Source: an uncultured Acidobacteriaceae bacterium
GTDB taxonomy: Bacteria > Acidobacteriota > Terriglobia > Terriglobales > Acidobacteriaceae
Length of the DNA stretch: 64,000 nucleotides
Direction of reading: 5' to 3'
NCBI GenBank assembly: GCA_963757515.1
Contig: CAVWRV010000005.1
Location: 39,870 to 103,869 of the forward strand
The position numbers and the translations under genes were made by a program. Below, in pieces: positions 47,839 through 57,395 of the stretch. Every line of letters starts with the position of its first letter. Within the stretch, counting starts at the first letter, position 1. The notes under the pieces are model-generated. The model was not told the origin of the DNA, did not search any database, and saw only the letters and a program-made list of their open reading frames with translations.

Positions 47839-49676
47839 ATGCGATACGTGTGTCTGTTTGCACTGCTCACCTCGACGCTGTGGGCTCAAGATGGCGCCGC
47901 GATTTATAAGGAGCGTTGCGCGTCCTGCCATGACACGCCCGCGGCGCGTGTTCCATCACTTGAGCACGATAAAAGCCATGAGCGGCGAAGCCATTTACCT
48001 GGCCCTTACGCGCGGCGTCATGAAGACTCAGGCAGAGGGCCTCTCCACCGCTCAAATCTTCGGCCTGCTCGGCTACATCGCGCCCACCGGCGACGCCGCC
48101 GCGGCCGCCCCGCAAGTGACGCCCACGTGCCAAACTCAACCGCCGTTTCCCGTCAGCGCACGAACCCCCGAATGGAACGGCTGGAGCACAAGGATTACTA
48201 ATTCGCGTTTCCAGGACGCCGCTTCCGCCGGTCTTACCGCCGGCGATCTGGGCAGACTCAAGCTCAAGTGGGCGTTCAACCTCGGCGATGTAACGGAAGC
48301 GCGGTCGCAGCCTGCGGTTCTCGGGAGATACGTGTTCATCGGTGCCACGACCGGAGCACTCTACGCACTTGATGCCGATTCCGGCTGCACCATCTGGGGA
48401 TTTCGCGCCGCTTCCGGTATCCGTGGCGGTGTCGCCATCGGTGACGCCGCCGGCACAGCCGCCGTATTCTTCTCCGATAGGGCTGCAAATGTGTATGCGC
48501 TCAATGCGAAAACGGGTAAGTTGATCTGGAAGGTTCGCCCCGTCGATCACTTCGCCACGATGGCCACCGCCACGCCCCGCTATTACAACGGCGTGCTGTA
48601 CCAGGCATTCGCTTCTTTTGAAGAAGCCATCGGCGGCGATCCCAAATACCAGTGCTGCACTTTTCGTGGCAGCGTGGTGGCCCTCAATGCCGCTAACGGC
48701 GATAAGTTGTGGCAAACCTTTACCATTCCCGATCCCGCCGGGCCCACGCGCATGAGTCCCGCGGGCACGCAGCAATACGGCCCCTCGGGAGCCGGCGTCT
48801 GGGCGACTCCGACCATTGATGAGCAACAGGGCGCTCTCTACGTTGCTACCGGGGACAACTATTCCGACCCGCCGACCAACACGAGCGACGCTGTTCTTGC
48901 CATGGATCTCAAAACCGGCAAACTCCTCTGGTCAGCGCAACTCACCAGCAACGACGCCTTCAACAACGCGTGCTGCTATGCCCATACCCGGGAATTGCCC
49001 TGCGACGCACGGTTCTGACTCACGACTTCGGCCAGCCGCCGATCCTCCTCAACTTTAGGCGCAGGCAAACGAGCCTTAGTGATCGCACAGAAGTCCGGCA
49101 TGGCGTATGGCCTCGATCCCGACGCAAAAGGCAAGATGCTCTGGCAGACGCGGGTAGGAAAAGGAGGAACATTCGGAGGCAGCCAGTGGGGTTCGGCGTC
49201 GGATGGGGCAAAGGTCTATGTCGCCATCTCCGATCTTGCAATGGGCGCAGTACCGGATCCGAAATCGGCTAAGGGCTATCGGTTCGTTCTGGATCCTCAC
49301 AAGGGAGGCGGACTCTACGCCCTTGAATCTCGAACCGGCAAGATCGTGTGGAGTGCGCCGGCTACGCCCTGCGACGCCGTCGCGAACTGGCTGTTCGCCT
49401 GCGCAATCTGCCGCTGTTACCGCTATTCCAGGCGTGGTCTTCTCCGGTTCGGTGGACGGCCACCTACGCGCTTATTCATCCTCCACGGGCAGGGTTCTAT
49501 GGGATACGGATACCGCGCGCGACTTTCCCGCGGTAAACGGCAAACCCGCGAATGGGGGCTCGATAGACGGTGCGGGTCCGGCTATCGTCAATGGCATGAT
49601 CTTCGTCAACTCCGGTTACGGCCAATGGGGCGGCATGTCTGGAAATGTGCTCTTGGCTTTTTCCGTGCAGTGAAAG
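47839..49676 (+). CDS. PQQ-dependent quinohemoprotein dehydrogenase (N-terminal cytochrome c + 8-bladed PQQ propeller), split over four frames
   Basis: CASCHD heme c site (47839 frame). PQQ-propeller repeats …GALYALDADSGCTIW…, …NVYALNAKTGKLIW…, …GGLYALESRTGKIVW…, …GHLRAYSSSTGRVLW… distributed over ORFs 47834..49018, 49079..49714 and 49203..49673. Confidence 0.65.
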
Positions 49677-49972
49677 AAGACGGCGGCTCGGGGCTCGATA
49701 TCGATCCCCTGTAGTCTTTGAGCTGTATCTTCTCTGGAGGAGGTCGTTCACGGCGACTGGGGCCACTTGTCTATATAGTCGGCATCTCGTCAACTTGGCC
49801 GGTAACATTCCGCTTTGTCCCCCATCTGGCAGGCACTTCTCCGAGCAGCCGGTTATTCGGCCACTTGCCAAAATTATAGAGCGACCCTGGCAGCGGAATG
49901 TCACAGTCTATGTAGTATGCTATATATTGAGTGCTTGTATAACACTGGCATGGTAGGTGTTGGCGCGGAGGA

Positions 49973-51451
49973 TTGATGCGTATACTCGCCCCCAAGCAGT
50001 TTGCACTCATGGCATTGCTTTGTTCCATAACACCACTTGCGCATGCGCAGAATGCAGTCGTATCTGCACCGGACATCGAGCAGCGAGTTCAACATGTCAT
50101 TACGGGCCTGACTGGCGGCGTGGTGATTAAAGGCAATGAGCACGCGACTCAAACGCTTGCCAATCGAATGACGGAACTCAGGGTTCTTGGCGTGAGCATC
50201 GCAGTCATTCATCAGGGAAAGATCGAATGGGCGCGTGGCTTTGGTGTGCGCAGCCTGGGTGGACCGCCCGTCACCGCCGATACGATGTTTCAGGCCGCCT
50301 CTATCAGTAAGCCGCTTGCGGCCATGGCGGCTTTGCGTATGGTGCAGGAAGGAAAGCTTTCGCTGGATGCTGACGTAAGTACCTACTTAACCAGCTGGAA
50401 GTTTCCTGCCGACCCCGTTGCTATGGGAAAGCCCATAACGCTGCGAGAGTTGTTGACACATACGGCTGGAACTACCGTACACGGATTTCCCGGGTACGCC
50501 ACAGATGAGCCCGTCCCGACGTTGCTACAGGTGCTCAACGGTGAAAAGCCTGCGAATACACCGGCGATCCGCAGCGAAGCGGCGCCTGGGGTTGATTGGA
50601 AGTACTCAGGCGGCGGATACACCATCATGCAGCAGGTTCTAATCGATGCCAGCAAAGAACCCTTCCCCAAACTAATGAGGGCCTCGGTGCTAATACCTAT
50701 CGGTATGACGCACAGCACGTATGAGCAGCCCCTGCCGCAGGCTCTTCAAGATTTCGCCGCTACTCCTTATCGGGCCGACGGCAAACCTGTTGAAGGTGGA
50801 GCGCACACCTACCCCGAAATGGCAGCAGCTGGTTTGTGGACAACCCCGAGCGAACTGGCACGCTACGCACTTGAAGTCGAGCAATCCCTCGAGGGGAAAG
50901 CGAATCACGTTCTGTCGATCGAGATGACACGACAGATGCTAACGCCAGGTATCGGACACTGGGGTCTAGGCCTCGAGATCGGCGGGACAGATTCCAACCC
51001 ATACTTCTCACATGGCGGAGCGAACGCGGGTTTCAGGAATATCTTCGTGGCATACGAGAAGAGTGGCGATGGCGCTGTCGTCATGACCAACAGTGACGCC
51101 GGCGGTGAGTTGGGCGACGAAGTCATGCACAGCATCGCCGACGAATACGGGTGGCCTGACTTTCGTTCTACTATCCGTGTAGCCGTCCGGATCGATCCCA
51201 AGATCCTGGCCCAATACGTCGGAACTTTCGAGCTTCGGAAAGGATTCGACTTGGTTGTTACGTTGGAGGGTAGCCAGTTGATGATTCAGGCGACTGGTGA
51301 GGGAAAAGATCCACTCTACGCCGAAACAGAGACGAAGTTTTTTCCAACCGTTGTCCCAGCGGAAATCGAGTTCGTCCAAGATGGCCAAGGCAAGGTGACC
51401 CATCTCGTTCTGCATCGGAACGGGCACGACATAAAGGCGCCGAAGAAGTAG
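49973..51451 (+). CDS. beta-lactamase-fold serine hydrolase (class C / esterase-like)
   Basis: Signal peptide. S-x-x-K motif ASISKPLAA. Y-x-N-like and downstream motifs. Confidence 0.85.
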   Translation: MMRILAPKQFALMALLCSITPLAHAQNAVVSAPDIEQRVQHVITGLTGGVVIKGNEHATQTLANRMTELRVLGVSIAVIHQGKIEWARGFGVRSLGGPPVTADTMFQAASISKPLAAMAALRMVQEGKLSLDADVSTYLTSWKFPADPVAMGKPITLRELLTHTAGTTVHGFPGYATDEPVPTLLQVLNGEKPANTPAIRSEAAPGVDWKYSGGGYTIMQQVLIDASKEPFPKLMRASVLIPIGMTHSTYEQPLPQALQDFAATPYRADGKPVEGGAHTYPEMAAAGLWTTPSELARYALEVEQSLEGKANHVLSIEMTRQMLTPGIGHWGLGLEIGGTDSNPYFSHGGANAGFRNIFVAYEKSGDGAVVMTNSDAGGELGDEVMHSIADEYGWPDFRSTIRVAVRIDPKILAQYVGTFELRKGFDLVVTLEGSQLMIQATGEGKDPLYAETETKFFPTVVPAEIEFVQDGQGKVTHLVLHRNGHDIKAPKK

Positions 51452-51588
51452 CCGGCCCGGGCATGGAGGCCGCTAGTGGACGAATACCGGACCGTGTACG
51501 AATATTGCTGAAGGGCTGATGAGTCCTGAAAAACGCCCCGTAGCCACTTGGTCCTATAGTCGGCATTTCGGACACTAGCTAGCCGGTT

Positions 51589-52545
51589 TTACGGCAACTT
51601 GCCGGGCCGAGAGACCAGAAGACGGCCGCCAGAGGCAAGTGTGAGCCGGGACGGCGACGAGATCGCACTCAAATGCAGCGCATTTAGATGCGCTACCTCA
51701 CGGCCACCCAAGACAACAACTACTTCGTAATCGCCTGACGGGACTTCAGAGAATGCGAAGCTGCCGTCCCCAGCAGTGCGCGCCACCAGTTCGCCATGTC
51801 CGCCGATCAAGTGTATCTCTGCTGAGCGCACCGGCCGGCCGGACGCATCGGTCAGAGCTCCCCTCCATGCACTTGCCTCACCAGCCGGCAATTGCGTCAG
51901 GTACACGGCCCGTTCATTTGGATTCTGCGTTGGTATGGAGACAATGTGGTTTTGTCCGCCGACAACATTCCTGCTCTCGGGTGATATCGCCGGCGCGTGT
52001 GACTTTGATGGGTTCGCGGCTGCGGCCGGCCAGGGCCGAGGCTGTCGTTCGCTCGCTCCCACTGAGGTGGACCCGGAAGCCTCCTCAGACCCGCTCATGG
52101 GTGTATCTGGGGTCGTCGCTCGATTGAGTCGTTCCACCACCGCTTCAATCGGAGACATCCGTCCATTCGAACCCGGGACGGGCAGGTGAGCGATCGACCG
52201 GCTCAGCAAAAATCCAAAGGCAACGATTGTGGCCAGCGACAGCGTGCCGCCGAGGAGAATCGATCCACGCCCTATCGGTTCCTCGTCCAGAACCTTGAAG
52301 CAGGGAATACCCTCGGCATTGGGTGAAAGCGACGCTGCTTCTGTCGCCGCATAGGAGTTCCGGTAAGCCTGCGGGAGTCCGACTAAAACGTCCGCCACCA
52401 GGTCCCACAAGAGGCGGGCCCTTTTGAAAAAACCTGTCTCGTCGCGGAGACGGTCCCGAATCAATTGGAGCGCCTCACCCTCGTATTCCTTACGGAACCT
52501 CGAAGGATACAGACGAAACAGGCGAGTGTACATCTTCTCAGACAT
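51589..52545 (-). CDS. PadR-associated membrane-anchored protein with C-terminal carboxypeptidase-regulatory-like domain
   Basis: 318 aa. Central TM (ILLGGTLSLATIVAFGFLL). C-terminal AEIHLIGGHGELVARTAGDGSFAFSEVPSGDYEVVV. 8-nt overlap with the PadR gene. Confidence 0.7.
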   Translation of the reverse strand: MSEKMYTRLFRLYPSRFRKEYEGEALQLIRDRLRDETGFFKRARLLWDLVADVLVGLPQAYRNSYAATEAASLSPNAEGIPCFKVLDEEPIGRGSILLGGTLSLATIVAFGFLLSRSIAHLPVPGSNGRMSPIEAVVERLNRATTPDTPMSGSEEASGSTSVGASERQPRPWPAAAANPSKSHAPAISPESRNVVGGQNHIVSIPTQNPNERAVYLTQLPAGEASAWRGALTDASGRPVRSAEIHLIGGHGELVARTAGDGSFAFSEVPSGDYEVVVVLGGREVAHLNALHLSAISSPSRLTLASGGRLLVSRPGKLP

Positions 52546-52888
52546 AATCCCCCCTCAGGATTTTTCGGGCTCGCGCAACACGCAAAACGTCCGCCATCTT
52601 TTCCGCCTCCGATCGCGCCATTTTGCGGCCGGCTACGGTCAACCGGTAATAGCGGCGGCGCTCTGAGCGTACGTCGAGGTTCTCCGGCCGATCAACCTCC
52701 TCGATCAGCTTTCCCTCAAGGAGCGTTTGGATGGAACCATACAGGGTTCCCGGCCCAAGGCGAAGACGCCCGCCAGTCTGCTCCTCAACCTGCCGCATGA
52801 TTGCGTATCCGTGCAGGTCGCCATCGGCCAGGGCAAGCATAATCTGGAACGCAGCGGAGGGTAGAGGATGAAGTTTCCGTTTTGGCAT
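52538..52888 (-). CDS. PadR-family transcriptional regulator
   Basis: …FQIMLALADGDLHGYAIMRQVEEQTGGRLRLGPGTLYGSIQTLLEGKLI…. Confidence 0.9.
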   Translation of the reverse strand: MPKRKLHPLPSAAFQIMLALADGDLHGYAIMRQVEEQTGGRLRLGPGTLYGSIQTLLEGKLIEEVDRPENLDVRSERRRYYRLTVAGRKMARSEAEKMADVLRVARARKILRGDYV

Positions 52889-53261
52889 TGTTCCTCGATA
52901 ATCGATATATCGATGAACGACTGTATATCCGCTCGATGCTACTTGTCAACCGACCTTGAATCGTGCCTGATTGTGGATTTAAGGGGTCGCCGTTCCGAAC
53001 GAGCACACAAGACAGAGGGCTGCGAATGTCGGGTCAACGCGGACTCGACGTTGGCGAGAGCCACCTAAGAACTAGCCAGCCCTCCTCTGCTCGCTTAGTG
53101 TTCGAGATGCCGGTTATACGTCCACATGCCAGAGACATAGACGATTGGACGACTCAGTGACTTTGCCTGAAGTCAACAGTTGAGCCAAGGCGAGAAGCCG
53201 GGTTCAACCAGGCTTCCGCCGCCACCTTTAGCTGTATCTCTCGCATGACCATCTCAAAACG

Positions 53262-53780
53262 TCAAATTCCTATTTCGCCTGTGCTAGCCCCAGCAATAAC
53301 CGCAGCAATTTTATCGAGTATCTGGTTCCAGCCCTCCAATTGCCCGCTATTCTTTGCGCTCTCCATGGGTTCATTTCCAATGTGGGTGAGTTTCGTCTGG
53401 CCGTTCCCAAGATCCTCAAAGATGGTCACGTCGTACGCACCGTCTATGGCCTCATGTTCTATTCCTAATTGCGCAGGCTCAACCTTGTTTCCCTCCGAGT
53501 CCGAAAAGTACATGGAGGAAACGATCTTCTCGTGCAGAACAATCTCGTGGTATTCAACCGCATTCCAGAACTCCTGCCCATCCGGCGCCTTCATGCAGTA
53601 GAGAGATTTTCCCCCAACGCGAAAATCCATCTGACAAACCGGAGCAGTAAAGCCCTTCGGTCCCCACCACTGCATCACGTACTTCGGGTCTGTCCACGCC
53701 TTCCAAACCAACTCGCGTGGGGCATCAAAAACTCTTGTGACAACCATCCGCTCAATTTCGCTAACCGTGTTTTCTGCCAT
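53262..53780 (-). CDS. SRPBCC-superfamily protein, AHSA1 (activator of Hsp90 ATPase)-like
   Basis: RVFDAPRELVWKAWTDPKYVMQWWGP signature of the AHSA1/SRPBCC family. Confidence 0.8.
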   Translation of the reverse strand: MAENTVSEIERMVVTRVFDAPRELVWKAWTDPKYVMQWWGPKGFTAPVCQMDFRVGGKSLYCMKAPDGQEFWNAVEYHEIVLHEKIVSSMYFSDSEGNKVEPAQLGIEHEAIDGAYDVTIFEDLGNGQTKLTHIGNEPMESAKNSGQLEGWNQILDKIAAVIAGASTGEIGI

Positions 53781-54114
53781 CTCTGACCTCCTCTTTCTTC
53801 ATTTGATTTACAACTACATCCAGTTTGTCGAAGCTCTCTTCCCAGAATCGGCGATAGCTAATCGCCCAGTCGCTGACTGTCTTGATCGCCTCTGGCCTAA
53901 GTGTGCACACACTCTCTCGTCCACGCTTCGTCTTGATCACAATCCGCGCCCGCACTAGGTAGGCAATATGTTTTGAAATCATCTGCTGTGAGAGTGCAAA
54001 CGGTTCCGTCAATCCATGCACAGAGGCTGGCCCGTGGGAGAGTCGTTCGATCATTGCCCGGCGGGTTGGATCAGACAAAGCCGCAAATGTTGTACCCAGA
54101 TTATCCACAACCAT
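53761..54114 (-). CDS. ArsR/SmtB-family transcriptional regulator
   Basis: …FAALSDPTRRAMIERLSHGPASVHGL…SQQMISKHIAYL… Overlaps the downstream SRPBCC gene by 20 nt. Confidence 0.8.
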   Translation of the reverse strand: MVVDNLGTTFAALSDPTRRAMIERLSHGPASVHGLTEPFALSQQMISKHIAYLVRARIVIKTKRGRESVCTLRPEAIKTVSDWAISYRRFWEESFDKLDVVVNQMKKEEVRDGRKHG

Positions 54115-54628
54115 ATAGTTGTGGATCGCATGGTCAATGTCAAGTGTGAATTTTGCGATTCTTGATTTCTGTTCCCTGATCTCTGAACCCTGACACCTGC
54201 GCTGATTGATACTCCGCGTAGGAAGGCGAGCCGGCAAGGGTTATGGCGCTGGCATCAGGGGCAGGAGGAATGTGGACTGTCTCTGGAACCTTCTCGGTGT
54301 CTCACCGCCCTGTTCGGCAAGTGATCTTTGCCAGACGACTCGCTAGGACCTACGCGGTGAGTGGTAAATCGCCAACGCCCTCACCGACGACGATGTGCCT
54401 CCACATGGACGAAAAGTCGGCAAATCGGACAGTTGACCGTGAGCCGGGCCCCAACGGTCCGGACAGCTAACGTTCCTCGGACAGGTGGATTTCGGATTCC
54501 CGTTAACTACTGGCGGCGTGAATAGGTCTCTCCTGGTCGCTGGTATTCATTGCTCAAGGCGGCCCGGCCCGGCGTACCGTTGACCGGGAAACAACTTTAA
54601 GAGAAGAGTTTGCCGAACCTCTCCCCGT

Positions 54629-55465
54629 CTATACCTTTGGCATAAAGTGATCGGCCGAATCGAGATCGGTGACCACTCCGCTATGGATCCCAAATAGATC
54701 GGGCGATGCCAGATCGCTGGCCAGTTCTATTTCGGTATCAACCGAGGTCGGCTTTCCTTCGATGGCGGCGTTCTCGCGCATCAGTTCTACCTGGGCCTGG
54801 ATACGTTTGAGGTCGCTCTCATTCTCCCGCAGCAGCCGGTCTCGATTGCGCAGATTCTCCAGCCGCCGTTCCAGGATAGCGACCGTTGCTTGCTGCGAGC
54901 GGACCAGGGCCGCCGATTGGTTTGGAGCTGCACTGCCTTGTTTCAGGTCTGCAATGGAGCGCTCCAGACCTTCCCCGGACTCAAGACCAAGCTCGTTGGT
55001 CAGGTGGTCACGCGCGACCAAAAGCTTGAGGAATATCCATTGCAGCTTTTCCAGGCTTGCCCTGGTGCCGGCCATGAGCTGGGCATCGACGCCGAGCTTT
55101 TGATAGATGGAGAGCACCCGTGCCGAGCTTGCCTGCAGGCCGTTCAATCTTGTTTGCAGGTCGGCAGGCAGGGCTGCGATCAGGGCTGCCCGCCGGGAGG
55201 CCGCATCCTCGAGCGCAGGAGCGGCGGATCGGGAATCAACTACTTTTTGAAATCGCGGATTGAACGCCAGCGCGGAAACAACAATTGTCTCCAGTCCCAG
55301 GGCGGCGAGCCAGATACTGGGCTCAACGAAGCCGAGCACTCCCAGGCCGAACACGCCCATGGCGTTGACCGGCACGCGGCCGAGACCAGGCACGGGCACG
55401 CCGACCAGAAACGCCGCCTTGAGGTAGCGCCACATAGAACCGCTAGGAGCGCGTCCTCTCGCCAT
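54629..55465 (-). CDS. membrane protein with two N-terminal TM helices and long coiled-coil (PspA-operon partner)
   Basis: 278 aa. Hydrophobic N-terminus. Heptad-rich C-terminal half. 23-nt overlap with the pspA-like gene. Confidence 0.6.
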   Translation of the reverse strand: MARGRAPSGSMWRYLKAAFLVGVPVPGLGRVPVNAMGVFGLGVLGFVEPSIWLAALGLETIVVSALAFNPRFQKVVDSRSAAPALEDAASRRAALIAALPADLQTRLNGLQASSARVLSIYQKLGVDAQLMAGTRASLEKLQWIFLKLLVARDHLTNELGLESGEGLERSIADLKQGSAAPNQSAALVRSQQATVAILERRLENLRNRDRLLRENESDLKRIQAQVELMRENAAIEGKPTSVDTEIELASDLASPDLFGIHSGVVTDLDSADHFMPKV

Positions 55466-56189
55466 CGGGCGTGCTCACCGACGGGAGGGTTTCGATGGCG
55501 CCGCTGCCGATCTGCTGCGGTTGTTGTTTCGCTTCAAATTGAGCCAGCGCCTGTTCGGCCAGGGCACTCTGTTCCGCTTCCCGGATGTGGACATCGTGCA
55601 GGTCAAGGCTGTCGACCGCGACCCGCACCCGGCCCGCCGCCTTGTACCGCTCTTCGTTTACCATCTCTTCCAGCCGGTTAAGCGTCTCGCCGCTGCCGCC
55701 CAGCTCGGTGACCATGCCTGAAGCCATTTGCGTAATCTCGGCCATAGCCCGCTTCATCTTCAGATCACTGATGCCCGATTTGAGGGACTCGATCTTCTGC
55801 CGGGCAATCGAAATGGCAACATCGCGGGCCCGCACCAATTCCTTGTAAGTGGTCTCCGCTTGCTCCATCTGCTTGCGGTTCTCGTCCAGTTCCCGCTCGA
55901 CCGTCTGCAATCGGAGGGCATAGCGGCCGGCCGCCGCGCGATCACCCACCTTCAGATTCGCACTGGTCCTGGCGCGAAGATCGTTTTCGTCGCTTTCCAG
56001 CTTGCGCACCTGGGCAATCAGCCTTTCGACCAGGCCCGCATGCGCAGCCAGGCCGCTGTTGAACTTGCCAATCTGCTTGCGCAGGTTTTCCTGTTCGACT
56101 TCCAGAAGCGCCTCAGGATTCTCCCGTTCGAGGCCCGAAATGAACAATCCGAAAAAACCGTAGAACAAGTTCGATATTCGACGGAACAT
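55443..56189 (-). CDS. PspA/IM30 (Vipp1/LiaH) family protein
   Basis: GGAGA SD before ATG (56189). MFRRISNLFYGFF…ENPEALLEQ… N-terminus and continuous coiled-coil characteristic of PspA/IM30. Confidence 0.85.
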   Translation of the reverse strand: MFRRISNLFYGFFGLFISGLERENPEALLEVEQENLRKQIGKFNSGLAAHAGLVERLIAQVRKLESDENDLRARTSANLKVGDRAAAGRYALRLQTVERELDENRKQMEQAETTYKELVRARDVAISIARQKIESLKSGISDLKMKRAMAEITQMASGMVTELGGSGETLNRLEEMVNEERYKAAGRVRVAVDSLDLHDVHIREAEQSALAEQALAQFEAKQQPQQIGSGAIETLPSVSTPDGERTRS

Positions 56190-56199
56190 ATTGGATCTC

Positions 56200-57392
56200 C
56201 TAGTGAGCTTCGCGGCGCTGCCAGCTCGCGAGCAGGTTAGTGACAACTTCGGCCTTGGGCGCGGCGCATATCCTGCCGAGGTCTATCTTAATGCCATTGG
56301 TTTGATAGCGGGTCCAGGGAGAGTCCGGGGTCCTGGTGGGCACGTTCGGGTTGGCCGGCCGAAAGCCGTGGTTGATCGATTCCCGCTGCACCGGTTCGCT
56401 CAGCAGAAAGTCGGAGAAACGCCTGTGCCGCTTGGCGCTGGTCGTCCGAGCTCCAGGACGCGTTCAGTATGTAATACGGGTTTTCATTCCAGATGTTGTA
56501 CTCGGGATAAATCACGTGAATCGGTCCCCACCGGCCTTCTGCGTTCTTGAGGTAGTCGATGGCCACGCTCTCGTAAACCAGCAGGGCGTCGTAGCTGGAT
56601 GGACCCTTCAGCACCATCTCGCGCATCAGGTTGCCGGTGCTGTTGGAGTCGCTGCTGGCGGCCGATTCCAGCTGCGATAACCAGGCTTGAAACTTGATGT
56701 CGGTGACTTCGCCAACGGTAAGGTCGTCGGTCTTCTTGAAGTAGTTGTGGCCTGCCAGCAGCAGTGCAAGAATGCCGGAGTTCGAGTCTCCCGGATTGGT
56801 GTGGCCGAACTTGAACAGCCCCCAGTCCGGCTGTTTGCCGATGGTCTGCCATCCCCCGGGTTCATGCAGCGCACGATTGACGGTGTCGAAGTCGACCGCG
56901 CCGTAATGCTGCTTGAATGCCTGGTAGCGCTCTTCCCACATCACAAAAACCATCGGTGTCAGGGCCAGCGGTTCTTCCTTGAGAATGGGGTTCGGAACCA
57001 TACTTTGCCTGCCAGTCCTCCACGAACGTGTTTTTGTAGACAGCGCTCGCGGGCGACCACACGTCGATGCGCTTATCCCCGGAGAGCGCCGCATGCGCTC
57101 CTTCCAGCGAACCCATGGGAATGAGGTCCACTTGAATGTGCTTTCCCTCGGGAGTCGATTTAAATTCCTCGACCGCCGCTTCCAGCCACTTTTGCTTTTC
57201 CGTTCCATAGGCGATGCCGATTTCGACGTTCTTGCTATCGCCGGTCAGGACGTTGCCGGCATTCAGCGCGGCCGGGAGAACATGGCGCCGTTGAGCCAGC
57301 CAATAGGCGCCGGCGACACAACCGACGACGAACAGGGCAATGACTGTTTTGCCTAACCACGTGAGCGAAGGGCGATCGGTGTTGTTGGCCAT
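56200..57392 (-). pseudogene. membrane-anchored PBP2-like (periplasmic-binding-fold) protein, paralog of the upstream gene, with at least two frame disruptions and no VWA domain
   Basis: Pieces in ORFs 56862..57392, 56288..57208 and 56200..56391 align in order to gene 57396..59085 (…YGTEKQKW…, …FKFGHTNPGDSNSG…, …HGFRPANPNV…). Shift at a G4/C4 run near 56995. Confidence 0.5.
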
Positions 57393-57395
57393 GGA

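Noticed and set aside
47867-48826. 319-aa minus-strand ORF inside the PQQ dehydrogenase region
   Set aside because: Antisense to propeller repeats that are clearly recognisable on the plus strand.
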